From positions 25,296,001 through 25,360,000 of the forward strand of contig OZ024755.1 of the NCBI GenBank assembly GCA_964016885.1: DNA of 64,000 nucleotides. The letters run 5' to 3'. Shown piece after piece: positions 1-13,827 of this stretch (positions are counted from its first letter, which is position 1; each line of letters opens with the position of its first letter). Source of the DNA: Eledone cirrhosa. Its lineage: Eukaryota. The position numbers were made by a program, and so were the translations under genes. The notes beneath the pieces are model-generated. The model did no database searches and was not told where the DNA came from. It was given only the letters and a program-made list of their open reading frames with translations.

Positions 1-61
1 TGTGTGTGTGTGTGTGTGTGTGTGTTATAAGAAGTATATGTAGGTAGTATGTATGCAGGAT

Positions 62-213
62 GGGGAGTTAGCAATGTCGTTAGAACATCGGGTGAACTGG
101 TTCGCCTTTCAGCGTTACGGGGTCGATAAAATAAAGTACCAGTGATGCACTGAGGTCGATTTAATCGACTTTCCCCTCCCCAAAATTGTTGGGCTTGTCC
201 CTAAATGAGATAC
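62..213 (+). mobile_element. SINE family S1, degenerate copy
   Basis: Core gcctttca..cggggtcgataaaataaagtaccagt and 3' ggcttgtccctaaa match the intact copies elsewhere in the window. Confidence 0.75.
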
Positions 214-641
214 CATTATTCCGGCTTTCTATGCTCTTGGTTCAAACTATACTCACTCTCTCACCCCTTCTCGCTCTCTCTCTCTCTCTCTCTCCATCTA
301 TATATTTATCTGTCTCTCTATCTTTTCGTCTGTCTGCCTGTCCTTCTTTCTATCTTTCTCATTCTCCTTGTGCCTTTCTCTTTCTCAGTGCTGCCCCATT
401 TCATCTGTTACTCTCTCCCTCTCACTCACTCTCATACACACACTCGCTCTCTCTCTCTCTCCCACACTCTCACTCTCTCTCTCTCATACTCTCTCTTACA
501 CTGACTCCCACATACAGTCTATTCCCCCTCACCCCCACACACATTGTCTGTATTTCTCTGTTACTGAGATACCAAGGTAATAAGGACGCACTGGGTGTGA
601 TATTCCTATTGTAATTCAGTAAATCTGCTGAGACAGGGGGA

Positions 642-732
642 CACTAACCCCTACACCAGAACTCTAGCTCTACACCTCCACCGGAGCACTAACCCCCAAC
701 AGCAGAACTCTAGCCCTACACCTCCACCAGAA
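642..732 (+). repeat. 45-bp tandem duplication (2 copies)
   Basis: cactaaccc..cagaactctagc.ctacacctccacc repeated at 642 and 687. Confidence 0.7.
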
Positions 733-960
733 CGCTACCCTCTCCAAAAAGGGAGCACTACCACCCCTCCATCACCAATGCCGCCGTCTCTCAGTTCTCA
801 GTTTCTACCCCATCCCTCTACCCCTTACTCATTTGTTATCTTAGTAAAGTAATACCTAGTCACTATCACCCACCCACACCTCTCTACACCCACCCACTCA
901 CACCTCCACATCTCTACACACCCACTCACACCTCCACACACACACACACACCCTATTCTC

Positions 961-991
<31 letters not shown>

Positions 992-1254
992 AAATAAATG
1001 CGTGTATGTGTATTTGCGTACATACAAAAATACTTGTGTGTGTGTGTGTTTGTGTATGAATGTGTGTATGCATGTATAAGTACGTATGTATATATCTATG
1101 TGTGTATATATATTTATATATATATATAGTCATATATATATATTTATGCATCTATGTGTATAAATGTAAATAGATGGGTACGTGTATATATGTGTATATA
1201 TATATGTGTGTGTGTGTGTGAGTGTATAGATGTGCATATATATATATGTGTGTA

Positions 1255-1362
<108 letters not shown>

Positions 1363-1383
1363 AGCGTATAGATGTGCATATAA

Positions 1384-1415
<32 letters not shown>

Positions 1416-1919
1416 GTGTGCGTGTATATATATATATGTGTGTGTGTGTGTAGATGTGCATATATATGTATATATATATATGTACGGACGCGTGTGTCTC
1501 TATCAAACCTAAAGATTTGTCAGAATGAATAAAGGAAAGAGAGGAAGGAGGTGAGAGAGGTCAGAATTTACATTGATAAAAGAAAAAAATGGAAAGATAA
1601 CTCTGGTTATGTTGTTAATGTTATAGTTACGATGGTGGTGGTAGCGGTGATGTTAGTGCCTTTAGCCGCAATGTGGGTTGTGTGATGGCGACGGTGGCGT
1701 TAGTGACGTTGTGGGTTATATGGTGGCGGCGGCGGTGTTACTAGCAATAGGGGTTGTGTGGTAGCGACGGTGGCGTTAGTCGCAATGTGGGTTGTGTGAT
1801 GGTGGCAGTGGCGTTACTCGCAATGTAGGTTGTGTGAAGCAATTGAGAAATATGGTGGAGTTTGTTTTAATATCTATGAGAATAGTATTTATAATCTTGT
1901 GCATATATATATATATATA

Positions 1920-2010
1920 AGTTGACGGAACCAGCATGGGTGTCACTGCTAGGACCGGTTGCATCTCAGTGTACTCAATAGGTAATGTTAAATATACTCC
2001 CAGAGTATAC
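1920..2010 (-). mobile_element. (TA)n-embedded element family C, 3' tail
   Basis: Reverse complement aacattacctattgagtacactgagatgcaaccggtcctagcagtgacacccatgctggttccgtcaactt matches 34755-34826 (+); both abut TA. Confidence 0.65.
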
Positions 2011-2067
2011 ACATAGTTATTCGCTTCAATACAACACACGTAATTATATATATATATATATATATTC

Positions 2068-2154
<87 letters not shown>

Positions 2155-2290
2155 GAGGTATCCACGGTAGGTTGTGGGGTCTAATAGTTTGTAACTACCC
2201 TTACATAGATCAATAACTGAGTATCTAGAAACGATCGTAAAGCAGTGAAGTATATCTCTAATGACTTGATTTTTTATTTCATTGTTTTAA

Positions 2291-2341
<51 letters not shown>

Positions 2342-2344
<3 letters not shown>

Positions 2345-2428
2345 TGAGATTCTACAGGACTCTACATTCTGCTATGTATTGAGTACCTTACTTACTGTGG
2401 TTACCTCCGATTTAACCCGGAATAACGT
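2342..2428 (+). mobile_element. (TA)n-embedded element tail with ACTC/GAGT stem
   Basis: gACTCtacat-tctgct-atgta-tt-GAGTACct, flanked by TA tracts on both sides. Confidence 0.55.
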
Positions 2429-3112
2429 ATATATATATATATATATATATATAATTCAAGAAAGAAGATTGACATGGTTCGCTATACAATAAGGGCTTTA
2501 TTCACATTGCTGACAATTGTTTCTTTGATCTGGAAAAGGGGTAAGGTTCTATACAAAACAGAGGTCATAGAAAAAAACGTAAGAATGGAAACAGCACCGA
2601 AATATATATATATATATATATATTTTTTTTTTCTTCTTTGATCCGTCAAAGTGACATTATTGAAAAAAGGAGAACAATTTTTAAAAAGGGGAGTTTTATA
2701 ATGTATATAGAATATATAAAATATTACCGGTTTCGATGTAATCCATCTAATCAAATATTAAATATTACAATTAAAATTTTAAAAAGAATTAAAAGAATGT
2801 TGAAGGTCTGTTCATATTTCATGTTGGGAGGCAGACTGGGTCTTAGAAAAAGAGCCTTATATACATATAGAGGTAGCTAGATAGATATAATATATATTCT
2901 GCTTAGATGTCCAAAGATTGACTGATGAAAAGGGACTGTCCGTTTTATCGTTGTCTTTGTCCTGTGCACCCTCTGTTTTGGATTTGTATATATATATGTA
3001 CTAACTTTTCGCACCATTGAGTACTTTCTGGCTACCTTAAACTACTCGATTGGTATCTGCTATACTGCGGCTACAACTTCGATTTATGCCTATGCCTATT
3101 ACTATTATTATT

Positions 3113-3210
3113 AACCCCGCCGAGGTTAACTTTGCCATTCATCCTTGATAAATATAAGTACCAGTAATGCGCTGGGTAATTGCTAGCCTTGTGACAAAAA
3201 GTAGAAATGT
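3113..3210 (+). mobile_element. SINE S1, 5'-truncated
   Basis: cccgccgaggttaactttgcc...gtaccagtaatgcgctgggtaattgctagccttgtgacaaaaagtagaaa. Confidence 0.8.
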
Positions 3211-3226
3211 TTATTATTATTATTAC

Positions 3227-3298
<72 letters not shown>

Positions 3299-3305
3299 CT
3301 ATATA

Positions 3306-3384
<79 letters not shown>

Positions 3385-3391
3385 CTATATA

Positions 3392-3475
<84 letters not shown>

Positions 3476-3487
3476 CATATACATATA

Positions 3488-3550
3488 TAGTGAAAAATGG
3501 AACGGGAACAAAACAGAGAGGCAGTACGAACAAAGGTTTATTAGTTTCAC
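3488..3550. mobile_element. (TA)n-embedded island family E
   Basis: gaacgggaacaaaacagagaggcagtacgaacaaaggtttatt recurs at 35324-35385, also next to TA. Confidence 0.6.
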
Positions 3551-3569
3551 ATATATATATATATATATG

Positions 3570-3632
3570 TAGGAAAAGAGTCAGGACCCCGACGCAGAGT
3601 TCCGGCCGTTTCGACAGCTAGATCCGAACTTG
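3570..3632 (-). mobile_element. Family A2 element, inverted arm only
   Basis: taggaaaagagtcaggaccccgacg...ccggccgtttcgacagctagatccgaac, matching 5212-5269. Confidence 0.7.
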
Positions 3633-4149
3633 TGTTATATATATATATATGATATAATGAGCCAGACAATTAGCTATCGCCTAGGGTTTAGAAAACGGCG
3701 AGCGAGCAGAATTTGGAAATTGAATTTCCGTAATTCGAAATATATACTCTTTGTGCTTTTACAGGTTTCTGAAGTATATATTTTCGGGTCACACGACTTT
3801 CAAACACACACATACCCGAACATACACACACATACTCGAACATACACACACACACACATCCTGATATATATATATATCAGGATACACAAAGAAAAAAATT
3901 AAGATATATGTACCTATCTATTTTTCTTTGTGACTATCTGTTTGTGTGTGCGTATTTATGTTATGTCTGAGTGTGTGAGTGTGTGTGTATCTTTGAATGC
4001 GTATCTCTGCCTAGGTGTGTGTGTATGTGTGTGTTTGCATGTATGTATGTGTGTATGTGTGTGCCCTACTTGCTATCGGCAGTGTGCCTACACAGTCCAA
4101 AGAAGCGGTATTCTCCATCTTCTACGCACCACCACCACAGCTCTCTTAC

Positions 4150-4269
4150 CCCCTCTATCTGTAAATGTAGTAGCATCTGTTGGACGTTCATGAGGTTGTA
4201 TGGCGGCGGCGGCGGTGGTGGTGGTGGTGGAGGAGAGGTTATAAACGGCTGCTTGAGATTCTAAGTTAG
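4150..4269 (-). CDS. Possible 120-nt cassette exon (ANLESQAAVYNLSSTTTTTAAAAIQPHERPTDATTFTDRG)
   Basis: Minus strand ctgctctcAG acceptor, G|GTAAGA donor, open and frame-preserving; no recognisable homology. Confidence 0.15.
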
Positions 4270-4499
4270 CTGAGAGCAGCAGATACCACATTACAGGGCG
4301 AGAATTTATAGAGAGGAGTCAGTGAATTTTATTAACGAACAGAAACCTAGAGAAATATTGAGGGCGAACTGGAACACAGTAAATATTAAATAATAATGGG
4401 AATGGTACAAAACATGGCAAACTGGTTGAATGTCACTTTCTATTTCATATATACACAGCGTGTGACAACTATCTCTAAACATGGTCTCTCTCTCTCTCT

Positions 4500-4794
<295 letters not shown>

Positions 4795-4796
4795 AT

Positions 4797-4996
4797 NNNN
4801 NNNNNNNNNNNNNNNNNNNNNNNNNNNNNNNNNNNNNNNNNNNNNNNNNNNNNNNNNNNNNNNNNNNNNNNNNNNNNNNNNNNNNNNNNNNNNNNNNNNN
4901 NNNNNNNNNNNNNNNNNNNNNNNNNNNNNNNNNNNNNNNNNNNNNNNNNNNNNNNNNNNNNNNNNNNNNNNNNNNNNNNNNNNNNNNNNNNNNNNN
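4797..4996. other. Assembly gap (200 N) inside a (TA)n tract
   Basis: Run of n flanked by (TA)n. Confidence 0.99.
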
Positions 4997-5211
4997 TATA
5001 TATATATGGAGAAGAAGTTTATGAAATGGAAATGCGGGTATAAAGAATTTATTAGGTAACAATTGTTTCTATAGTGTTTCTCCGGATTTTAAAACACACT
5101 TTATTATACGTTGAGCAATCTCTGACGTCGGTTGACTCCATCCAATGCAACTACTTAGTAACATTGGAATACAAATTTACTAATTCTCTCTCTCTCTATA
5201 TATATATATAT

Positions 5212-5370
5212 AGTAAGAGTAAGGAACCCGACGGCTGAGCTCCGGCAGTTTCGACAGCTAGATCCGAACGGGGCCCTGACTCTTTTCCTATTACCCACTC
5301 TACTACTCTTAAGTATTACGTACTCTGGTGCGTTATGGTCCACCTGGTTCCTTACCACACTTCCTTCGTT
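5212..5370 (+). mobile_element. Family A2 (TA)n-embedded fold-back element
   Basis: Body ttcctattacccactctactac..gtactctggtgcgttatggtccacctggttccttaccacacttccttcgtt with partial inverted arm; TA on both sides. Confidence 0.8.
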
Positions 5371-5460
5371 TTATATATATATTTATATATAGTTATGTAT
5401 ATATATGTATAATAATATGTGTAAGTCAAACACGTTAAAGTTGACTTCGTTTATTCTAAT

Positions 5461-5519
5461 TCGCTGCAATATATATTTCAGTGACAGCCATTATTGGCTG
5501 TGACCTCATCAGGCAATAA
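5461..5519 (-). ncRNA. Minimal type-I hammerhead ribozyme
   Basis: ttattgc-CTGATGA-GGT-c-ACAGCCA-ataa-TGGCTGT-c-ACT-GAAA-TATATA-TT-gcagcga. Confidence 0.75.
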
Positions 5520-5654
5520 GAATTAAGGTAGAAAAAAAACAGTAAAACATGGTGTTATAATGTGTTCTACCCTGTTAATTCATCCATATATCCAGCTCGT
5601 GGGTGTTTTGTTAGTTCTCAAAGGAACTGGAATCAAATGAGCAAGAACAAACGA

Positions 5655-5712
<58 letters not shown>

Positions 5713-6580
5713 AATTGTGATTGTAAGTTAATTAGGCTTACTGTCCCTTTTTGATGCCTTGTTTTTATGTCAATGCAGGATATCAAATAAGTTGTCTCAA
5801 TAGTTTTATCTATAGTGAGTTCGCTCTGAAATATTCTTTTCGCAACAATTATTCATTGAGCGATTATTGAGCAGCTATTATATTTGTTATATAATAAGTA
5901 TACCTATATACTTGTTATGTATATATAAATATGGGTTATGATTTGCTCTTAATAACACGTGGACCTATTGATTCAAATATTGATAGTATCTGCGCTTAAG
6001 GATTAAATCGTGCCCTTTTCCTTCGAAACAATTGTAAACAAATAAACACCTTTTCAAGTACTTTGGTTGTATTTTCTATTACTATAACTCTGATATATAT
6101 ATATATAAAGAGAGAGAAAGAGAGAGAGTGTGTGTGTGTGTGCGTGCGTTTGTGTTAGAGAGAGAGATGTATGTATATATGTATGTATGTGTGTGTAATT
6201 ATATATATGTGTGTGCGTGTGTGCTTGTATTTATAGCAAATTTGCACATAAAAGCGTTACCCCTCCTCTTCAGCCACTCCGACATGCAATTTCGTGTGTT
6301 AGGGTGGTATTGTATCATACTGGGCTTAGATTACACGATTCAAAGTGTTACGACTGATATTTGGAGACAATACCCGGACGAAAAAAGAAGCAAGGAAAAC
6401 GACACGGATTTCCTTGAGACCAGCTGTTTATTTTTCTGCACCTGGGCATACTACCTTGCACACGACGTTGGTTTACATTCCATAACTGGTAGATTCAGCA
6501 TGATATAAGGTTCGATTATCGTAGCGGCCGCGGGCAAGTTATTTTTCTGCGCTTGAACATACTATGTTTTCTATGAACTT

Positions 6581-6642
<62 letters not shown>

Positions 6643-6699
6643 GTAAACAGAAATAACAAATCAGACGATACAGTACATTGAAGAAATATATTAGTTTAA

Positions 6700-6746
6700 C
6701 AGTTACAGAGTCTGAACGTTTCTGCACTAGTCCTTCATCAGAAAAT
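6700..6746 (-). ncRNA. Degenerate hammerhead-like motif
   Basis: CTGATGA-aggactagtgca-GAAACGTTCAG; weak stems. Confidence 0.3.
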
Positions 6747-6765
6747 AGAATTAGAAATAACGGAG

Positions 6766-6816
<51 letters not shown>

Positions 6817-6877
6817 CACTGCCAATACTGGAATTGAACCATCAAGACCGTTGAGGTATGTCATATATCAATTCATG

Positions 6878-6943
6878 TATTTTATCTGACGAGGACGTAC
6901 TGAAAAAACAACACAGTACCTTCGAAATATATATAATAAAACA
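6878..6943 (+). ncRNA. Minimal type-I hammerhead ribozyme
   Basis: ttttat-CTGACGA-GGA-c-GTACTG-loop-CAGTAC-c-TTC-GAAA-TATATA-TA-ataaaa. Confidence 0.8.
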
Positions 6944-7085
6944 TATATTTTGATTATGTGAATATCTTCATTAATGTATATTCCGAATAATATATATTTA
7001 TATATATATATACTCTTTTACTCTTATACCTGTTTCAGCCATCCGGCTAAATATACATGTATTGTGGTCGCTATGTATTTCTAAT

Positions 7086-7265
7086 AATTGTTTCTACTTT
7101 TGGCACAAGGCCAGCAAATACCCAGTGTATTACTGGTACTTTATTGTATCGACCCCATAAGGATGAAAGGCAAAGTTAACCTCGGCGGGATTTGAACTCA
7201 GAATGACAAGGGCCCTAACTCTATGCGTCAAAGCATGGCGTCCGACCTTCTACCGATACTGCCAA
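7086..7265 (-). mobile_element. SINE S1, near full length
   Basis: A box tggcagtatcggta, B box gagttcaaatcc, core and tail gtagaaacaatt on minus strand. Confidence 0.9.
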
Positions 7266-7667
7266 ATGAATATTTCATATATGTATGATGACGCAGCTGT
7301 TGTATTTCTTGTCCTCATTAAGTTCCTCTACCTCTATGTTGGGTCTATTATAAGGTCTTTATTTAAACATATCCTGGTCGTATTTATAATAAAATACATC
7401 ACCAACGATGTTTAATCAATATTTTATATAATCAACCATCGAGGACGATTCACCAAAATAATTAACTTTCTCGTTCAGTTGGTGTTTAGAACATAATTTA
7501 AGAAGCGGAAACATGTTGGAATTTTAAATATAAACATTTTAAGACGAATGGTTTTTCATTGTGAAGCCAGGAGTAGTAATGAGTTTAAGAGGAACACACA
7601 CACACGCACACACACACACATACACACACACACACACACATACACACACACATATATATATATATAT

Positions 7668-7794
7668 TTATTAAAATAACAGATTAAAGTTTAAGCAAAG
7701 AATCACTGCTTTCACCCTTAACGGGATCTTCTGAAACTAACCAGTTTCAGGAGATCCCGTTTAAGGGTGAAAGCAGTGATTCTTTGCTTAAACT
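7668..7794. mobile_element. Family B fold-back element (hairpin 7688-7794, loop aacc)
   Basis: ~51-bp inverted arms; unit recurs at 34990-35062, 35207-35292 and 44676-44750, each next to TA. Confidence 0.75.
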
Positions 7795-7795
7795 A

Positions 7796-8407
7796 GACTG
7801 ATACTATGGTAGTTTGACTGGTACTATGGTAGTTTGACTGGTACTGTGGTAGTTCGACTGGTACTATGGTAGTTTGACTGGTACTATGGTAGTTTGACTG
7901 GTACTATGGTAGTTCGACTGGTACTATGGTAGTTTGACTGGTACTATGGTAGTTCGACTGGTACTATGGTAGTTTGACTGGTACTATGGTAGTTTGACTG
8001 GTACTATGGTAGTTCGACTGGTACTATGGTAGTTTGACTGGTACTATGGTAGTTTGACTGGTACTATGGTAGTTTGACTGGTACTATGGTAGTTTGACTG
8101 GTACTATGGTAGTTCGACTGGTACTATGGTAGTTTGACTGATACTATGGTAGTTTGACTGGTACTGTGGTAGTTTGACTGGTACTATGGTAGTTTGACTG
8201 GTACTATGGTAGTTTGACTGGTACTATGGTAGTTCGACTGGTACTATGGTAGTTTGACTGATACTATGGTAGTTTGACTGGTACTGTGGTAGTTTGACTG
8301 TTACTATGGTAGTTTGAATGGCACTATGGTAGTTTGAATGGTACTATGGTAGTTTGACTGGTACTATGGTAGTTTGACTGGTACTATGGTAGTTTGACTG
8401 GTACTGT
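7796..8407 (+). repeat. 20-bp minisatellite (gactggtactatggtagttt) x ~30
   Basis: Near-perfect 20-bp periodicity. Confidence 0.97.
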
Positions 8408-8947
8408 GCTCTCCCATTCATACACCATAACATTCAGGGAAAATGCAAGACAATTGTTGTACAAAGTGTGAGAAATAGCAACAGAATGCGACACTGAGAT
8501 TATATACTTCGTATGTATGTGTATATATATATCTGTGTGTGTGTGTGTGTGTGTGTAATAAATCGCATTGGTGGTCCCTAAGACATTACAATTAGCCTTT
8601 AAAACAAGACCAGGATTTAGAAGTGAAAACAGAAGAGTTACTGATTAAAGGATCATTAATTTTATTTGGTAGAAATGGTCCCCACCCCCACACTCAGGAT
8701 TTGTGTGCGGCTGGGTGTGTGTATTTACATGTTTGAGTATGTGTATCTCTTTGTGTGTGCGTGTTTACATGTGTGAGTATGTATTTACATGTGCTAGTAT
8801 GTGTAACTGTGTGTGTGTGTGTGTTTACATGTGCTAGTATGTGTAACTGTGTCTGTGTTACATAAATATTTTTATCTACTTGTGAAATTTATGGGGCTTT
8901 TTTTTCTTCCATAAGACAGATGTAGAATTAACGAGTTAAGGAGTAGC

Positions 8948-9033
<86 letters not shown>

Positions 9034-9036
<3 letters not shown>

Positions 9037-9165
9037 GATTAAACCAGTTTTAAATTAGTTAGACCATAATTCAATAGAGTACTCAAAATTTGGGAAAGTA
9101 AAGTGTGACTATATTAGAAATAGTCAGGTCCCGACGACTGAGCTCTTGCTCAACAGCTAATTCCA
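9034..9165 (-). mobile_element. Divergent family-A-related (TA)n element
   Basis: Minus strand gagctcagtcgtcgggacctgactatttct..cactttactttcccaaattttgagtactctattgaattatggtc, then TA; related tail at ~9940-10020. Confidence 0.6.
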
Positions 9166-9347
9166 TATAGACAGACAGATAGATAAATATATAGATAGAT
9201 AGAAAGATAGATAGATATGTTTCTTTATTTTCCACAAGAGTACCCAAGAAATGGGACATTACAAGACGTGACGTGACGGCAGGGGTTTTACATAACAATT
9301 ATGTAAACTTTAACATTAATATATTAAAATATAGATAGTTAGATAGA

Positions 9348-9780
9348 TATGTTTCTTTATTAGCCACAGGGGCACAAAAGAAGGGGACAAATACAAAGGG
9401 GGAAGTTTACATACAATAAAAACGTGTAAAATGTTATCACAGATGGAATTTAAAAGTTAGTCGATTTTCCCCAATAGAGGGAGACAGTTTATATGGGTAA
9501 CACATACCCCCGAAAAAAAATGTGCAACCCTCATCTCCAGGAGTACGAAGAGCTTGTACTCCTTTCCTCTCCTCCTCCTTTTCCTCAACCTACAGGCTGA
9601 TATAGAGAGAAGGCCCATTCACTCGGGCCATTCTCGCCACTTTCACCCACCTTTCATAAAACTTGCTGGGGTACGGCACCTCTCTCTCCATCCTGATTCT
9701 TCTTCCAAAGTGGTATTTGAAAAAAAGAATCAGTTGTTGGCCGGAGAGAAAGGTGTCTGACCTCAGCCCTTTCAACCTTG
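9348..9780 (-). mobile_element. Tx1/L1-like LINE 3' end (ORF2 C-terminus + 3'UTR) in (GATA)n
   Basis: KGLRSDTFLSGQQLILFFKYHFGRRIRMERE..FYERWVKVARMARVNGPSL; 3' end gtggctaataaagaaac; paralog at 54646-55082. Confidence 0.75.
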
Positions 9781-10813
9781 TATAGATAGATGGATAGACA
9801 GATCGATAGGGTGTTACATGTTGGTAAGGCGAGAGGTGATGAAAAGTAGGGCGGTGGTTCTGGGATAGAGAAGTAATGAAGGTCGAAGAAGGTCCTATCT
9901 ATGTACTCTACAACATAGATAGAAGCTATATAGATTGGAAATTACCTGTTTAGAGTAGTAAGACCACGTTCAGCTAAGAACTAGATACTTGGGAAAGTAG
10001 AGTGTAAGTATAGTGAAAAGTTTATGTATCTTTCACAGTTGCTTTTAAAACTTTCCCTGGTTTTATTCCAGTAATTGGCTTATTATTGCATGCCTACCTA
10101 GTAATTGGGATTAGTATTACTCAAATCTAAAGAAAATTATTTCCTGAGGAGGATGTTTAAATGTTATTGAAATGCTAGTTGATTTAATTAATTGATTAAT
10201 CTACAAATTTTTATTGATGTTTACAATTGCATTTCGATAAATTGGTTATTCCACTAAAATCTTTGGTTATTCCACTAAATTGAATTATTATGCGCTCTAT
10301 GTTTCCAAAAGTGATTAACGGATTAAGCTTTAACGTAGTTGGTAATAAATAAATGTTATATCCACTTCTATAGATCTCATATATATATATATACAAATAT
10401 ATATATATATATATGTGTATATATATATATATATATATGTGTGTATATATATATATATTTATGTATATGTATATATATGTGTGTGTGTGTATGTGTGTCT
10501 GTAAGCTTTAATTCCTTTAAATCTTCATCAACATTCCTTCACTCCCACACTCATAAACACCCCACCCCACCTCCCAGACACATCGGTATCTCTCTTATAT
10601 ATACAACACAACCTGATCTCAGTTTGACAATCGCCACCGACGAATGCGAGGAAGTTCTCCAGGAAAGTTAACCAGGAATCTTTAAAAATCTTCCCACCGA
10701 AGTTAACAAAGAAATTACTAGCTCTACCAACTCATAATATTAAAATATTATAAAATTAAATCAAATTATTTAGAACTACAAGTGAAGTCATTCCTTTCCT
10801 TTTTTTCAAATAC

Positions 10814-10866
<53 letters not shown>

Positions 10867-11289
10867 GTGCACAATCAGTGTATGTGTATAAGAATGTGAT
10901 AATAGTGCACACTCTGACTTTGTATATAATATAACTGTGTGTTTAAGTAAATGTTATTCGTGTGTGTGAGTTCGTCAGTGCAAGAATACTTTAGCTCATT
11001 GCTTTAACTCAGGCAGAACAGACGATGTGTATGTGTGTATGTGTGTGTTTGAGTGAGAGAGAGAGAAAGAGAGAGAGAGGGAGAGAGGGGGGAGAGAGAG
11101 AGGACAGGAAACTAACAAGTTTCTACAAATGTTTTTAATAGTTTTTCAGCTTTAAAAAGATTTTTCAAGACGTATTTTCCGACCGCGTATGTTCTGTATC
11201 ACACTATTTGGAACCGTGTAAGCTGCGGGATTCATTGTTCCACCAACAAATCAGCTTCCCCCTCTCTCAGATTTATTACAACCGTGGAG

Positions 11290-13336
11290 ATTGCGGCAAC
11301 CACTACACCACTATCTCCATCGCCACCACCACCCCACCATTATCGTCACCCCCACCCCCACCAACAACAATACCACTTCTATCACTACCAACTCCTCCAA
11401 CACCACCACCATCACTACCCCAACATCTCCAGCACCGCCTCTAACACTAAGAACAGCTCCAACACCGTCACTATCATCACCACCATTATCACTACCAACA
11501 TCTCCAACACCACCACTATCACTACCAGTAACACCAACACCGTCACCATCATCATCACCACCACCAGGATATTATTACACCTCCGATGTCACTATCTCCC
11601 CTCTCTCTCCATCCCTCCTTATCTTTTGCCCTCTGTAACTCCACTCCACCCATACACCCACACACCCCACTACCACTGAGACAAATTCTACCGAATTCCC
11701 ACCACCACCATCACTATCAACAGCACTACTACCACCACCACCATCACTATCAACAGCACTACTACCACCATCACTATCAACAGCACTACTACCACCACCA
11801 CCATCAACAGCACTAACACCACCACCACCATCACTATCAACAGCACTACCACCACCACCATCATCACTATCAACAGCACTAACACCACCACCACCATCAC
11901 TATCAACAGCACTACCACCACCACCATCAACAGCACTACTACCACCACCACCATCACTATCAACAGCACTACCACCACCACCATCACTATCAACAGCACT
12001 ACCACCACCACCATCAACAACACTACTACCACCACCACCATCACTATCAACAGCACTACTACCACCACCACCATCACTATCACTATCAACAGCACTACTA
12101 CCACCACCACCACCACTATCAACAGCACTACCATCACCACCACCATCAACAACAGCACTAACACCACCACCACCACCACCACCACCACCATCAACAGCAC
12201 TACTACCACCACCACCATCACTATCAACAGCACTACTACCACCACCACCACCACTATCAACAGCACTACCACCACCACCATCACTATCAACAGCACTACC
12301 ACCACCACCATCACTATCAACAGCACTACCACCACCACCATCACTATCAACAGCACTACCACCACCACCACCATCACTATCAACAGCACTACTACCACCA
12401 CCACCATCAACAGCACTATCAACAGCACTCCTACCACCACCACCATCACTATCAACAGCACTACTACCACCACCACCATCACTATCAACAGCACTACCAC
12501 CGCCACCACCACCACCATCAACAGCACTACTACCACCACCACCATCACTATCAACAGCACTACCACCACCACCATCATCACTATCAACAGCACTACCACC
12601 GCCGCCACCATCACTATCAACAGCACTACTACCACCACCACCATCACTATCAACAGCACTACTACCACCACCACCATCACTATCAACAGCACTACCACCG
12701 CCACCACCATCACTATCAACAGCACTACTACCACCACCACCATCACTATCAACAGCACTACTACCACCACCACCATCACTATCAACAGCACTACCACCGC
12801 CACCACCACCACCATCAACAGCACTACTACCACCACCATCACTATCAACAACACTACTACCCCACCACCACTATCAACAGCACTACCACCACCACCACCA
12901 TCAACAACAGCACTAACACCACCACCACCATCAACAACAGCACTAACACCACCACCACCATCACTATCAACAGCACTAACACCACCACCATCACTATCAA
13001 CAGCACTACCACCACCACCACCACTATCAACAGCACTACCACCACCACCATCACTATCAACAGCACTACCACCACCACCATCACTATCAACAGCACTACT
13101 ACCACCACCACCACCACTATCAACAGCACTACCACCACCACCACCATCAACAACAGCACTAACACCACCACCACCACCATCACTATCAACAGCACTAACA
13201 CCACCACCACCATCACTATCAACAGCACTACTACCACCACCACCACCACCACCACTATCCCTATTATCACCACTACGACCAACACCACCACCAACACCAC
13301 CACCACCGACACCACCACTAGCACCACCACCACCAC
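11290..13336 (+). repeat. ACC/ACT-rich low-complexity minisatellite (~30-33 bp unit actatcaacagcactaccaccaccaccatc)
   Basis: Recurrent actatcaacagcact separated by variable (acc)n. Confidence 0.92.
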
Positions 13337-13385
13337 CCTCCGTCAGTAAAGTTAGCATTTAGAAGGAATGTATTTCACAGAGAAA

Positions 13386-13796
13386 TTGTTGTGGTAATGA
13401 TGTTGTTGTTGTTGTTGTAGTGTTGTTGTTTGTGGTGAGGGTGGGGGTGTTGTGGCGGGGCTGTAATTGTAGTTGCTGCTGCGATGGTGGTGGTGGTCCT
13501 GCTGCTGCTGCTATTGGCGGTGGTGGTGGTGCTGCTGTTATTGCTGTTGGTGGTGTTGTTGTTGTTGTTGTTGCGGTGGTGGCGGTGGTGGCGGTAGTGC
13601 TGCTGCTATTGTTGGTGGTGGTGATGTTGCTGTTGTTGTTGTTGTGGTGGTGGCGGTCGCGGTGGTGGTGGTGGTGTTGCTGTTGGTGTTGTTGCTGTTG
13701 TGGTGGTGGTGGTGGTGCTGCTGCTGATATTGTTGGTGGTGGTGTTATTGCTGTTGGTGTTGTTGTTGTTGGCGGTGGTGGTGGTGCTGTTGTTGG

Positions 13797-13827
<31 letters not shown>

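Noticed and set aside
2920-2950. CTGATGA plus stem as a complete hammerhead
   Set aside because: GAAA and stem III missing; at most a decayed remnant (tail motif ttgagtact at ~3017).
7796-8407. CRISPR array
   Set aside because: Pure tandem 20-mer with no spacers.
11688-13358. 556-aa ORF (poly-V/G)
   Set aside because: Read-through of a triplet-based minisatellite; no splice or domain evidence.
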